Source of the DNA: Novakomyces olei
Taxonomy: Eukaryota
DNA length: 64,000 nt
NCBI GenBank assembly: GCA_016906335.1
Contig: JADEYG010000015.1
Coordinates: forward strand, 1,240,001-1,304,000
Reading direction: 5' to 3'
Program-made: the position numbers and the translations under genes
In this document: piece by piece, positions 12,068 through 26,142 of the stretch
Numbering within the stretch: position 1 is the first letter of the stretch
Layout of the letters: each line of letters opens with the position of its first letter
The notes under the pieces: model-generated
Databases searched by the model: none
Told to the model about the DNA's origin: nothing
The model's input: the letters and a program-made list of their open reading frames with translations, nothing else

Positions 12068-14317
12068 ATGTCTACCAAGGGCATTGTACCAGGCAATTGG
12101 CCTTCACCTATCTCTATCGATCTCTTGGTTGCTTCTTCTGTAGAATTCTCACAACTGCGAGTCTGCCGGAGAAGAAACGTTGACTCGGCAAATCTGTTAC
12201 CACCTCTAATTTTCCATGCAGAATCGCGGCCGAGTGATAAGGGCCGAGTTTCTCTAATACAAACAACAAGTTTACCGACGACTCATGGGTTCAGTACATT
12301 TCGCAGTGTTCTTCCACCGCAGTTTCATATGCTTACTCGAGTACACGAATTTGGAGGTGCAGCTTACGCTATTGCGGGGGACGGCAGTTTTTGTATTTTT
12401 TCTAGCTTTGAAGACGGCAAAGTTTACCGTTACGAAATTCAATCGGAGAGAGACACCAACAATCGAACTAGTAATACTAATACTGGGAACACTAGTGCCG
12501 CCGATCCCAATATCACGCTTGTTTCGCCAGACAATTCAAATTTACGGTTCGCCGATTTCGATATTCACCCTTCCGGCAATGTTGCACTCGCAGTATGTGA
12601 AGATCATACCCGGGATACACCAAGTACCGTACTGAATCGTATTGTATTACTACATTTGAATGAATCTAGAGGCAGTTCACCCCGGATAACGGTAGTGGCA
12701 GAGGGCAATGATTTTTACAGTTTTCCGCGTTGGAATTGCTCTGGAGACAAATTTGCCTTTGTCTCCTGGAATCATCCAAATATGCCATGGACAGATTCTC
12801 GGTTGTACATTGCGGACACTGATGGCTCTGGGACACGGATTTCTCGTGTGTATAAAGTCGATACCGGCCGTGAAATGGATTTTAACCTTTTGAATCTAAA
12901 TAAAAATAAAAGCTTGTATAAGAATTCTAGTTTAAATGAAGACAGCAATACAAGCAAGCATGCACACAGCGTAAGTCAGCCGGTATGGCACCCGAAGCTT
13001 TCAGAACGCATCTATTTCTGCTGTGATGCTACAGGGTACCACAACCTTTACTCTTACAACGCCGGTAAGTTGGCTAATACGGAGCCTCCGCAGCTTTTGT
13101 TTGATGAGCCGCTCGCTGCAACTTTTGCCCCCGCTGATTTCTCTCTGGGCAATCAAAACTACGCTATAAATAGGGAGGGAACGCTCATGGTAGCTGCCTA
13201 TAAATCTGCCAATGGCTCGCAGTTGCTGGCAAAGATTGATCTGGCTGTGGAGGAAGGTAAAGATTATGCTGCAGCTGCCTCAGATTCCCGACGTCGACAA
13301 AACCTGAGCATGCCGTTCTTCCATATCTATGAGATTGGTGGTATTGTAACTTCTCGGGATCATACGGAAAGGCAGCTAGTCGTTGTATCTGCTGCCTCAT
13401 CGTACTCGGGAAAATCCGGGATCTGGACGTATGATTTAGCTACTGGAGCAGTCGATCTACTGCGTGCTCAATCAGCCGGTACTCTAAATGCTGCTTACTT
13501 GCCTGTGCCTGAATCTCTTCAAGTTTCCGCTTCCGATGCTTCTGCTTCCGGGCAAGAGCAATTGGCCTACGGCTGGTTTTATTCACCAGCAAACCCTGAA
13601 TTCACGCTCGACACTGGGGAACTACCCCCACTTTTGGTCGATGTTCATGGCGGGCCTACTGCCTCTGCGCCTCCTACTCAGTCACTCAATACTGCCTTTT
13701 GGACGAGTCGAGGGTGGGCCGTTCTGGCCCCGAATTATGCCGGCAGTGATGGGTATGGGCGCGCTTATATGCAGAGACTCAATGGTGCCTGGGGCGAAAC
13801 TGACGTGGACGATATTTCTCGGCTCGTACAGCATCTAATCCACACTGGTAGAGTAGACGGGGCCCGTGTGTGTATTCGCGGAGGATCGGCGGGTGGGTAC
13901 TCTGTGCTAAGGTCGCTCACCCACCCGAATAAAGCTGTACGTGGGATGGTGGCGGCCGGTTGCAGCCTTTATGGTATTTCAGATTTAAGTGTTTTGGCTC
14001 GTGACACGCACAAATTTCAATCGCAGTACATGTATGCCCTGCTGGGCGGGCGACCGGAAGAGTGCCCCGACGTTTATCGAGACAGGTCTCCTCTCACTCA
14101 CGCTGCCAGAATTAATGTACCTCTACTACTGCTGCAGGGCGAACTGGACCCAATTGTCCCCCGACAGCAAAGTGAGGCTATTAGAGCTGCTGTTCCCAAA
14201 CATGTGCCGACTGCGCTGCACGTTTTTCCTGGCGAGGGTCATGGGTTTGTACAGGCCGAGCATGTTAAACAGGCGTACGAGGCAGAGTTGGCTTTTTATT
14301 TGGAGCACGTGTTATGA
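12068..14317 (+). CDS. S9 family peptidase (dipeptidyl/acylaminoacyl peptidase-like), intronless
   Basis: W.SPI N-terminus, VHEFGG, VHGGPT, NYAGSDGYGR, GGSAGGY nucleophile, D in QGELDPIV, H in EGHGF. Confidence 0.9.
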   Translation: MSTKGIVPGNWPSPISIDLLVASSVEFSQLRVCRRRNVDSANLLPPLIFHAESRPSDKGRVSLIQTTSLPTTHGFSTFRSVLPPQFHMLTRVHEFGGAAYAIAGDGSFCIFSSFEDGKVYRYEIQSERDTNNRTSNTNTGNTSAADPNITLVSPDNSNLRFADFDIHPSGNVALAVCEDHTRDTPSTVLNRIVLLHLNESRGSSPRITVVAEGNDFYSFPRWNCSGDKFAFVSWNHPNMPWTDSRLYIADTDGSGTRISRVYKVDTGREMDFNLLNLNKNKSLYKNSSLNEDSNTSKHAHSVSQPVWHPKLSERIYFCCDATGYHNLYSYNAGKLANTEPPQLLFDEPLAATFAPADFSLGNQNYAINREGTLMVAAYKSANGSQLLAKIDLAVEEGKDYAAAASDSRRRQNLSMPFFHIYEIGGIVTSRDHTERQLVVVSAASSYSGKSGIWTYDLATGAVDLLRAQSAGTLNAAYLPVPESLQVSASDASASGQEQLAYGWFYSPANPEFTLDTGELPPLLVDVHGGPTASAPPTQSLNTAFWTSRGWAVLAPNYAGSDGYGRAYMQRLNGAWGETDVDDISRLVQHLIHTGRVDGARVCIRGGSAGGYSVLRSLTHPNKAVRGMVAAGCSLYGISDLSVLARDTHKFQSQYMYALLGGRPEECPDVYRDRSPLTHAARINVPLLLLQGELDPIVPRQQSEAIRAAVPKHVPTALHVFPGEGHGFVQAEHVKQAYEAELAFYLEHVL

Positions 14318-14379
14318 GACATACTGAATAAAATTGAAAAAACTATAGGTACGAACATGGAAAGAAAGGAGAAAAGAGG

Positions 14380-14423
14380 GGAGAGAAGAAAGGAGAGAAG
14401 AAAGGAGAGAAGAAAGGAGAGAA
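14380..14423 (+). repeat. 12-bp purine tandem repeat (GGAGAGAAGAAA) x~3.7
   Basis: Read directly, downstream of the S9 peptidase stop. Confidence 0.85.
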
Positions 14424-16181
14424 ACGAACGGTTCTTTAGAGATGGGTTGCCTATTATCATGATTATGTGTTTATTATTATTTTTTGATTTTTGTTGATTC
14501 CTTTTGCATGCTATGGGCGAATGAAGAGCATTTTCTGAGTACAATTTGGCGACAGCCTCAAACAGCCTCTTTATTGTTTTATCTTTTTCGCTTGCTTGTA
14601 CCTTTAGCATCTTCTTGTCTGACTCTGCGTGCGTGTAAATATTTGTATTAATGTACCATGGATCTCATACCTAATTACATATAATATGAATAAATGAATA
14701 TCCAATTAAAAGATAGAAATATCGAAATAGATGTATCGAAATAAATCTGTCGAATATAAAATAAAGAAATCTCAGGGTTAGTTAGGGTCTAGATACAACG
14801 TATAATCACAAAGGTAATTGAAACCCTTACCATATTCAAACTTGTATGGCTACACGTGAAAACAATACACACATTTCAAGCAATACTACGCGGTATGCGG
14901 TAGTATTCACCGAAATGGTAAGGAACGAGAATCTGTCGTAACAAATAGCGTGGCGCCATTATCGGCTCACCTTCCTATTTCGATACTCACGTGAACATGT
15001 AACACTAAAAAAGTGTCGTGATTATATCAGGTGATTGAACATATCGTAAAACCTGTCGGTTATATAAAGGTGGCCTGTCTCTTCTCAATCCATAATTGAA
15101 CAGTTCAGTCTGTAAACAACGCTGGTTAATCACCAACAAACAATTGTGTTCGACATGACTTTACCGCGCGTGTCGCTGTCTGCTGCGATTATGCATTCAT
15201 ACATCACTTTGGGAGTCGCTGTGCCTTTTATGGCAGCGAGACGATTGAGTTCTTCAAATGAAGGAGAGCTGCACAATGAACGATACAATCTGATTTCGCC
15301 TTGTGTGCCTTGCGCATCATCAGTACGACCTTCCACAGCTTAGAAAGGCAGTTGCACTTTGTCAGTACCTTTAGTTGGACGATTAAAGTATTTATTACAA
15401 AGATGGGATTCTGGAGTTTAGCATGTTTGCTTTGTGTCGATTACGAGGGGTTTGGGTTGTCTGGGCGTGCGTACACTTTATAATTTATACTCGAATGGTG
15501 CCTAAGGGTTACGGGCACCATTATCGATCTCTCGACGGGCTGAGCCTGGAATCGTCAAGTTGCGTCCATAATATGCCGTGCTTTATTGCGATGAAGGCCT
15601 TGCTTATTACGACTATACGACTAGTCTAGCAGGGGATTCTGCTATGGCCCATGGTTCTTGGATTCAGTTGTGAGTGAGGACGTTGATTCTTTCTCAAAGC
15701 AACCCCGTACAGGAATAATTTTGCATAATCATCTTATAATCTGAAAATTGGTTTCAAATTAATCTAAATTGCGCATTGCTGATACTCTTTGCGGGCCATC
15801 TTTTGACTAGTACCATTACAGCATCCAAAGTTCCCCCACGTAGAATACTATAACGGCAGTTATGCGGAGCTTACACCAACGTTGGGTACCCGCGGCCAAG
15901 TGAGTCGTCCCTATACTCTACAGCTAAATGTAGCTTGGCCATATAAAGCTAGTTCGATCATTTATGTACCTTGAACGCGCAGCTGCAAACACGTGGAAAT
16001 CGGTGTTCAAACCCCATTTTGGACACATTTGCAGTGCAAAAGATTCACATTAAAACATTACAAAGTTACGCATGTAAGAGACATAAAACAAATGCATAAA
16101 ACTTTTCGGTAAACTCGTCTCGGTAACCCTCTCGGCAAATGCTTTTTCGGTTATCGATAATAATACTGACGCAGCAAGCCG

Positions 16182-16612
16182 TCATAAACACTCTCCAGTA
16201 TGCCGTCGGAGTTTATGACGCATTATAGGATCAGTGACTGCCTCTGCTGACGGTAAATTTGCTTCCTTTTCGTCTGCTTCAGTGGACGGCGATCCCGTTG
16301 GATCAGAGCCTAATTGTGTCAGTAAAGATATGCAGCAGTGCTGAGAAGGGTAAAAGCCCCACACTTTTGCGGAACCACAAAATTCAGCCTCACACTATAC
16401 CTTCTAACGCGCGTAGCTGCATCCCTTGTTCGCGCTCTGCCCTGTACTGCTCGCGAGCAAGCCGGTCGTTGCGGTACTTGAAGTACATAAAGCCTGACCC
16501 AAAATCAGTTTGATTTCCATAGAAACTAGACAAGTCTACCCGTGAGCATGCACGCGCCTAGTGGAACCCAACCGCGGACAATAGTCGCGCTATGGATTGG
16601 TGAACGAGACAT
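16182..16612 (-). CDS. Small 97-aa single-pass membrane protein, 3 exons (possibly DUF4748-like)
   Basis: Exons 16612-16540, 16493-16401, 16309-16182 join in frame across GT..CTGAT..CAG and GT..CTGAC..TAG introns: MSRSPIHSATIVRGWVPLGACMLTGFMYFKYRNDRLAREQYRAEREQGMQLRALEGSDPTGSPSTEA... Confidence 0.7.
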
Positions 16613-16726
16613 TACGAGACTGATGGACGAGCAGTCGAGTGGTATAGTTGAAATTAGTCGATCATGCTTGACAGATAATGATAATGAGCAATTGAATCGT
16701 GTATTTTATACGTTTTTAACGGTATA

Positions 16727-16903
16727 GTAAAAGTACGACAGTAAAGTACGACAGTATAAAAGTACAAGTAGGACAGTACAAAGTACGACAATATAAAAGT
16801 ACGAATACAAAAGTACGACAGTAAAGTAGTACGAATACAATAGTACGAATATAATAGTACGAATACAATAGTACGACAGTCAAAAACAAAACAAAGTACG
16901 AGT
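16727..16903 (+). repeat. Degenerate minisatellite with AGTACGA core
   Basis: About ten AGTACGA cores in ~13-15 bp units such as AAAGTACGACAGT and ATAGTACGAATAC. Confidence 0.85.
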
Positions 16904-17020
16904 AGTGTATATTTATCGTATATTAAACTGTACCGCGCAGCATCTGTAAGTAAGGCAACGTGCAGCGATCTAGTTGCCATCCACAAACTGTCAGGCGCAT
17001 TCAACTTACCGCGCCAGAAA

Positions 17021-18001
17021 ATGACGAAACCCGTCCTCGTTATCGGCTCGCTCAATGCGGATCTCGTGATGAAGACGCCAGTGTGTCCCGGACCAGGCGA
17101 AACGCGTCATGGCGCCTCTGACGGCTTCAGCACGAATTGTGGGGGCAAAGGTGCGAACCAGGCGGTCGCCTGTGCAAAATTGGCGCCGCCTGGCGTTAAA
17201 GTGCGAATGGTTGGCTGCGTGGGCTCAGACGCGTTTGGGGAAATGCTGCGAAACGGGTTACGCGAGTATGGCGTCGATGATGCTTTAGTAAGGACGGAGA
17301 AAGATATCAGCAGTGGTGTCGCTGTTATTATTGTGGAGACGGAAAAAGGCGGTCAGAATCGAATCTGCCTGTCAGAGGGCGCCAATGGAAAATTGCTGCC
17401 TAACCATATTAGAGCTCTAAGCAAAGAAATTGCTTCAGCGGCAATTGTTGTACTGCAGCAAGAAGTGCCGCGAGAAACAGTCGCAACTGCTCTCGAGATT
17501 GCAGCGAAAGCTAACGTTCCTACACTGCTGAATCCTGCTCCGGCAGATGCAAAGTTCCCACGTGACGCGTTGCAAAACGTGTCTTTTCTGGTGCCGAATG
17601 AGACGGAATTAGCACTTGCATTGGGCTGTGAGACTCCGCCATCCACCGTAGAAGAAGCTCGGCAGTTGGCGCGGCAGTTGGCTCAAACCTCGGGTGTACG
17701 CGAGGCAGTTATCGTAACTCTGGGCGGGAACGGGCTGATTTATATGCCACGTGACCCTTCGCAGAAGGACCTCTATATCAAGGCAGATGCTGTGGAACGA
17801 GTCGTGGACACAACGGCGGCTGGCGACTCTTTTATTGGTGGGTTTGTTACCGCTTACTTGGAGGGACAAAGTGTGCCCGATGCACTTGCGTTTGGCACTC
17901 ACGTGGCCGGCATTACCGTGTCGCGTGAGGGAGCACAGCCGAGTATTCCAACGCGTCAAGAGATGGCAAAGTTACTGACAAAGGGGGTGCAGAGCGCGTA
18001 G
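17021..18001 (+). CDS. RBK1: Ribokinase (PfkB family)
   Basis: GSLNADL, GGKGANQAVA, NPAPA, PNETE and DTTAAGDSFIGG motifs. Confidence 0.92.
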   Translation: MTKPVLVIGSLNADLVMKTPVCPGPGETRHGASDGFSTNCGGKGANQAVACAKLAPPGVKVRMVGCVGSDAFGEMLRNGLREYGVDDALVRTEKDISSGVAVIIVETEKGGQNRICLSEGANGKLLPNHIRALSKEIASAAIVVLQQEVPRETVATALEIAAKANVPTLLNPAPADAKFPRDALQNVSFLVPNETELALALGCETPPSTVEEARQLARQLAQTSGVREAVIVTLGGNGLIYMPRDPSQKDLYIKADAVERVVDTTAAGDSFIGGFVTAYLEGQSVPDALAFGTHVAGITVSREGAQPSIPTRQEMAKLLTKGVQSA

Positions 18002-18299
18002 ATATTTACACGTCTCTTGAACATAAAATAATTAATTACGCATCATAATCTGGGACTCGACTTGCTGAGCGTTTCATATAATTTTTCAAGACCTTTTCTA
18101 CAACCGATCGACGGGGGACGCGCTCACCTATCCCTCCCCGAACCAAGTTGCGCGATACAATATGAGTAAGAGCGTTCCTTAGAATTACAAATACATCTCC
18201 TATTCGTGTCTTTAATCTTCCTTGCTCTATTAATCTTTATTATTGGGTCTCAATTATGCGGCTGCAATTACCTCTTTTGTATCATCTACTAGTACAAAT

Positions 18300-19714
<1,415 letters not shown>

Positions 19715-20490
19715 GGTGAAGTCTGATATCACTGGCCTTTTTATTTAAATTAGTACTATAAATGTTTATCCCTAATGTTAAATTAAACGACATTTATTTG
19801 GAATAACCACGAGATTGTCCGGGCCAAGCTTAATATAAACCCAAAATTTTGACGTAATTAATCAAGGTCTGGTGTCTATCGTCCCTACTTCGTCCATACT
19901 ACTCGCGTCTATGATGCTTAGAAAGTTAATGTTAGTTTAGCGATTGTAATTGCGATTACAACGCTGTGCAGTCGTTATTCATTAATGACATAAGGAGCGT
20001 GGAAGCGGTCTACCACCTATATAGCGCGAATTTGATTGGTATAGCAAAGCCGTACAAGCAAATAATGCCTTTCAAAATAAAAGCGCTATAATTCCAATAC
20101 TTTACAAAAATAAATAATTTCTATGTAGTGTTGGAGTAATTGTTGCATGCTCTATAACACTTAAACTAAGAATTGTAAAGGACTTAGGTTTAGGTTTAGT
20201 TATCTATATGTTGAGGATTAACCTCTTCATATAGTAACCAGTTCTAACAAACAACTAATTTCTAGTGTTGACTCGAGTGTAGTATCGCCCTCATTTTATT
20301 ATATTTCCTTTAATTTTGCTCTATTTTCTTTATTTTATTCAATTTTTTAATATTTTTATTCCATTTTCTATAATTTAATTCCATTTTCTATACTTTTAAT
20401 TTAATATGAAACGATCAAGATAAAATATAAACTCAATTTAATACGTCCACGTTCAAGGCAGCTTTGCCTTTGAATGCGCGAGATAGAGCC

Positions 20491-23153
20491 ATGATGCTAC
20501 GGCACAAGCCGTCGCGTAAGCAACCAGCTGCTGTTTGCTTTCTTCCATGCTGACTCTATCTTTAGAGCGCCTCCAGGCAGCTCGCGAGGCAGCGAGTGAA
20601 GAAATGGACGATTACAGTGACGACGGGAGTAGCAGCGATGAACCCGCAGCAGGTAGCCCGCCCTTGAGCCTGAGAAAAGCAAGAGCCACGCATGGAGTAG
20701 AATAAAGCCAGGCCAGAAAAATATGGATATAAAACTGTGGACTTTAATAAGCATTTCTAACTATTAAAGCAAGTACAACTGTGAGGCCGCGCAAGGTCAA
20801 GTCAAGTACAAGCACGCCGGCCGAAACTCCGTCTGCGAGTATAGGAAGGCACGACTTTTCTCGGGTACTTGCACTGAAGCCCGATCATGAACTTCGTCCC
20901 CTCTGGATTGATCCCTCAGATGCTCGAATAACGCTAGAGAGCTTTTCGCCTCTAGCAAGTAGTGTTAACGAGTTTCTTGTGGCCGTAGCGGAACCTGTTT
21001 CCCGGCCTTCGTTTATGCACGAGTACAGACTGACTGCTTACTCCTTGTATGCAGCGGTCTCTGTGGGCCTTCGTACGCAAGACATTATTGAAACTCTGAA
21101 CCGGTTTAGCAAGACTCCCGTGCCTGAATCTATCGTTGACTTTATCAAGGAGTGCACCGTTAGTTATGGGAAAATTAAACTAGTTTTGAAGCACAACAAG
21201 TACTACCTCGAGTCTTCGGACGTTAACATTTTGCGAATGCTTTTGCGCGACAGTGTTATTGGCCAGTTGCGCGTGGAAAGGCAGGAGCAGGAAACTGAAG
21301 GGATTGAAAAATCAAAGCGGCCAGATATGGATGGACTTGTTATCGCCGGGACGGGGAAGCCAAAGGAGAAGACAAAAAATGGACGTGAAAAGCAAAATGG
21401 TAATGCAGGATCAGATCGTGGATCCACAGAAGGGAGTAGTACTCCTCTTAAGCTTGAAAATAACTCTGAAAATAAACCAGGTTTGGAGACTGATCTTTTC
21501 ACTGCTGTTGTCGGCCCTGACGAGGATGATGACGAGGACGACGACGATGCAGTTCACTCCTTTGAAATACCTTACAATGCCGTTGAGGCAGTTAAACGTC
21601 GTTGTGCTGAAATAAATTATCCCGTACTCGAAGAGTACGATTTCCGCAATGATACACGTAACGCTGACTTGGAAATTGATCTCAAGCCTTCAACACAAAT
21701 CCGCCCTTATCAAGAAAAATCGTTGAGCAAAATGTTTGGCAATGGCCGAGCCAGGTCGGGTATCATTGTGCTGCCATGTGGAGCCGGGAAAACCCTGGTA
21801 GGAGTTACAGCCGCCTGTACTATAAAAAAGTCAGTACTCGTGCTGTGTACGAGTTCTGTTTCCGTTATGCAGTGGCGACAGCAATTTTTGCAATGGAGTA
21901 ACGTTCGGCCAGAAGCAATTTCTATATTTACCTCAGATTACAAAGAGAAATTTAAAGGCGATGCAGGCATTGTCTGCTCGACTTATTCCATGGTGGCCAA
22001 TAGCCGAAACAGGTCCCATGACTCTCAAAAGATGATGGATTTTTTAACCAGTCGGGAGTGGGGTTTCATCATTCTGGACGAAGTGCACGTAGTTCCTGCC
22101 GCCATGTTTAGACGTGTTGTGACCACGATTGCGGCTCACGCAAAACTGGGCTTAACTGCCACGCTCGTACGTGAGGATGACAAAATCTATGATTTGAACT
22201 TTCTCATCGGACCCAAGTTGTACGAAGCAAATTGGATGGATTTAGCACAAAAGGGCCATATTGCCAATGTGCAATGTGCCGAAGTCTGGTGTCCAATGAC
22301 AACAGAGTTTTACAGCGAATATCTGAGAGAAAATTCGCGTAAGCGTATGCTGTTGTACATTATGAACCCAAAAAAGTTTCAGGCCTGTCAATTTCTGATT
22401 GATTACCACGAGAAACGTGGTGATAAAATTATTGTATTTAGCGATAACGTGTATGCACTAATTGCATACGCATTAAAATTGAAAAAGTACTATATTTACG
22501 GTGGCACTTCTCAGCAGGAACGCATGGAAATCTTGGAGAATTTCCAGTTTAATGATATGGTGAACACGATCTTTCTGTCCAAAGTGGGAGATACTTCGAT
22601 AGATTTACCCGAGGCCACATGCTTGATACAAATTTCTTCGCATTACGGCAGTCGTCGACAGGAAGCACAGCGGCTGGGCCGAATTCTACGTGCTAAAAGG
22701 CGTAACGATGAAGGGTTTAATGCCTTTTTCTATAGTCTTGTTTCAAAGGACACTCAAGAAATGTACTATTCCACTAAACGACAGGCCTTTCTGGTCGATC
22801 AAGGATACGCGTTCAAAGTTATTACGCACCTGAAAGGCATAGAAAGCCTGCCAAATTTGGCTTATGCTACTCAAGCAGAGAGACTCGAACTTTTACAAGA
22901 AGTTTTACTGCAAAATGAAGAAGCAGCTGATATTGACAAGGGCGATGATGATCCGTTTTCCGGTCGCAACACAGGTACATCGACGCCAGCGAAACGGTTT
23001 AAACGTACAACAGGGACTTTGAGCTCTCGTAGTGGTGCGGATGATATGGCGTACATTGAGTATAACAAGTCGGCTAATAAGCAGCTCAAGAAGGATATGA
23101 AAAGTCAGCATCACCCACTTTTCAAAAAGATGTACGCCAAAAAGAGGCTTTAA
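20491..23153 (+). CDS. SSL2: TFIIH helicase/translocase XPB, 3 exons
   Basis: [23 protein letters not shown] and [11 protein letters not shown]. Proposed 5' exons 20491-20515 and 20566-20652 join 20770 onward in frame. Confidence 0.95.
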
Positions 23154-23786
23154 TTTGCAATTCGGATTTCAATGCATCGCATACTTGTTGTAGCGCATAT
23201 TATCCTTTTTTTTTCCTTTATTAGCCATGTTTCGATGTATATAATTATACATTATTTGGTTGTGGTTATGTATACATTTATTTCATTTATGGGTTCTTTT
23301 TTGCTTGTTTAAATGACGCTTTTTTGGATTAAATTTAGATGAATTTTTTAGTTTTTAGCATACATAATAAGAGCGATCGTCATATAGTTGAATTGTGGAT
23401 TTAACAGTAGTTGCTCTTTATCGTACAAATATTAATATTTTTGTTTTCGTGCTTGAACGTCTAAATTTTTGGCACTTTTGGTTCTGAACACTCTTTGTCG
23501 TAACATGAGCTTACAATTTACCTATTCCATTCGATTCCAGTTGCCTTTGATTCAAATAAATTACTGCGGCACTTTACGGAGGCTCAGAGGCATTGAGCAG
23601 CTAACCCTAGGGTTTGTTTCAGAAACCTACTTGGTATAATTTCGATATACTACCACATAATTTCCAAGTAACATTGCTGGTTTTCTGCAACCGACAAGCC
23701 ATACATAAATTGTCACTAAATCGATCGTTGTTTCTAAAATGCCGGTTTCATAAACGGCACAAACCCGTATCTAATATCCTGCACGT

Positions 23787-25524
23787 ATGGCGCCTCCACT
23801 ACAGTATGTGGATGCTGAAGCAATCTCCGGCATTATGGGCTTTATCAGCATTGCCTGCTGGATCGTTGTTTTTACACGTAAGCTTTACTATGGCAATGAC
23901 TTGCTATTGTTCCTTGTATTTTGAAGTTTGATAATGATCTGTTGTGTTTGAATATAAATTTTAAACGACATAATAGCAATGGTTTTACGGGAAAAAGATT
24001 GTGTTATAATGAAGAATGCCTCTAATTGATTCTTGTTTATCTTTAAATTCAATTGTTTTCGAATATTAAGACCTTTTAGCACAAATTCTAGAAAACTTCA
24101 AACGCCGGTCGGGCGAAAGTTTGAGCCTCGCTTTTCTGGCTATTTGGCTCGCTGGCGATGTTTTTAATGTCATTGGCGGAATTTTTCAGCATGTTTTGCC
24201 CACAATGGTTTGTTGTTCCACCTATCCTGTTTGAATATATATCATTATTAAGATCACTGTTCAATGTCAGGGAATGTTTTTTTTTGTTTGCCTTTACAAG
24301 CATTTCAATATCTGCACTTATTCGAGTTTGAATGTTTTGATATATTAAGTTGTATACTTCCTTCTCCTCTTTTTTTTTTCCTTTACTTCCATTACTTCTT
24401 CGGTTTCTTTAAACTTAATTGTTTTTTAATTTTATTTAATTTTTATTTAATTTGATAATATTTTCTCAATCATCGTTTCTTTGACTGACCAAAAGCTTAT
24501 TCTCGGTTTATATTATACATTAGCGGATATCATTCTCATATGCCAAGTATTATACTACCGGGCTACTGCCGGTGCGGCAATGGAACATTCTTCAATGTCT
24601 GCGGCACATTTTAACCCAACAACGCCTTTACTGGCAGATGAGGCAGGAGCTAATAGCCATGCAAATATTTACGGGGCTATAAATTCTGACGAGGATTATG
24701 GTGCTATAGAGGCAAGCGAGTTTTTAGCTGTTCACGGTGAAAGTCCTACTTGGAGAGATACGTTGAAGGCTTCGCTATGGAATCTATGTGCAATTCTTGT
24801 CGTTTGCGCTGCTGGTGTACTAGGATGGTACATATCGATAAACTTGAACAATTCAGATGATAGCAAAAGTGTTACAACTAAACGCCATGATGAGATCAGT
24901 TTTTGGGGCCAAGTGTTCGGGGCGCTCTGTGCTGTTTTATATCGTATGTTTGTCCAGAGCTTTTCAAAAATTGAATAAAGGGAAAAATATCAAATATCAA
25001 ATTGTCTTTACGATTGTTAATATCGTTTCTAGTCGGTTCGCGAATTCCTCAGATCGTGTTGAACTATCGAAAACGCTCTACAGATGGCTTGAGTCTTTTA
25101 TTTTTTATGTTTTCATGTCTCGGAAACGTTACTTATGTCCTCTCCATTGTGGCAGCTGCTCTGTCTGCAGGAAAACACTGGCGAATATTCCTTATCGTCA
25201 ATTCGACGTGGCTTGTTGGAAGCGGTGGAACATTGGTTCTAGATCTGATCGTACGTCTTAAGCTAGTCTCTATTTATATCCTTTACGCTATGGTTTTTGT
25301 ACTATTTCTCTGCAGAAGTGTCGTCTTATTATGTTTATGTTATGCAGCCTGATCTTCTCTTTTATTTTGTTTCATGTTTTCTATGCTTTAATTTCAGTAG
25401 GATTTCTTCTTTTGGCTGTTATTAGTATGAATTAATCGAATTATTTTAGTTTTCAATTTTACTAATCTATTAGATATTTTTACAGTTCTTTTGGTACGGG
25501 GGTGATGCCTCGGGTTCCGCCTAA
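23787..25524 (+). CDS. PQ-loop vacuolar amino-acid transporter (Ypq1/Stm1-like), 5 exons
   Basis: Exons 23787-23877, 24080-24207, 24496-24943, 25033-25250, 25474-25524. CWIVVFTPQILENF, WLAGDVFN, SRIPQIVLNY and WLVGSGGTL. Confidence 0.9.
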
Positions 25525-25770
25525 AATCGAGAGATATTTTGATTTGTAGTAATATCGGCCAAAATTGTACATTTTGGGCATTATGAATTTATTATGACCA
25601 AAAACATTGGTTTTACGTCACGTGTGCCTCCTTGACCACGACAGATAGCCACACGTCACTTGTTTTCCCAGGCTGTGCTATTTAAATTAGAGTTTGCGCC
25701 TTGTCTCCAAAATATAGAAGCTTTTCTGCAAAAAAGACGAATTCTTACAGCCTCTTTTCTTCGCGCAAGC

Positions 25771-26142
25771 ATGGCAGTTATTACGCCCAAAGATATTGAT
25801 ATGTTCTCTGATCATATAAAAACAGCCGTAGCAGGGGTAATTCTTTAAAAACAAAAAGGAATTTATTTTATAACGAATTATAACATAGCTAACAATAGAA
25901 AGGCGGCCAAGGTCGATCCGCAGCAAATCGTTGACAAAGGCGGGAACGAGCACATAGTGTCACTTGCTACTCAGTTTCTGGGAATGGCGAGTGGTTCTGG
26001 AGATGCCGGATTGCTGGAGCAAGTGAAACGTAAATTTCTAGAGTTTTTTAGCTCTACATTTGGCATCCCCATGTTTGTCTTGAATCCTATTGTCAACGGC
26101 TTGCAAAGTCAGGCGATCAAATTTCTTTCAAACTCCTCTTGA
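25771..26142 (+). CDS. Small hypothetical protein (~101 aa), 2 exons
   Basis: Exon 25771-25836, intron GTAATT..GCTAAC. The AAG acceptor at 25902 restores a 79-codon open frame to 26142. Confidence 0.5.

Noticed and set aside
14772-14790. Telomere-like GGGTTAGTTAGGG (also TTAGGT x3 near 20184)
   Set aside because: Too few copies to call telomeric repeats.
16727-16903. CRISPR-like array
   Set aside because: Units are short and degenerate with no unique spacers; the context is eukaryotic with no cas genes.
16654-17055. 133-aa hydrophobic minus-strand ORF
   Set aside because: It is a translation of the minisatellite.
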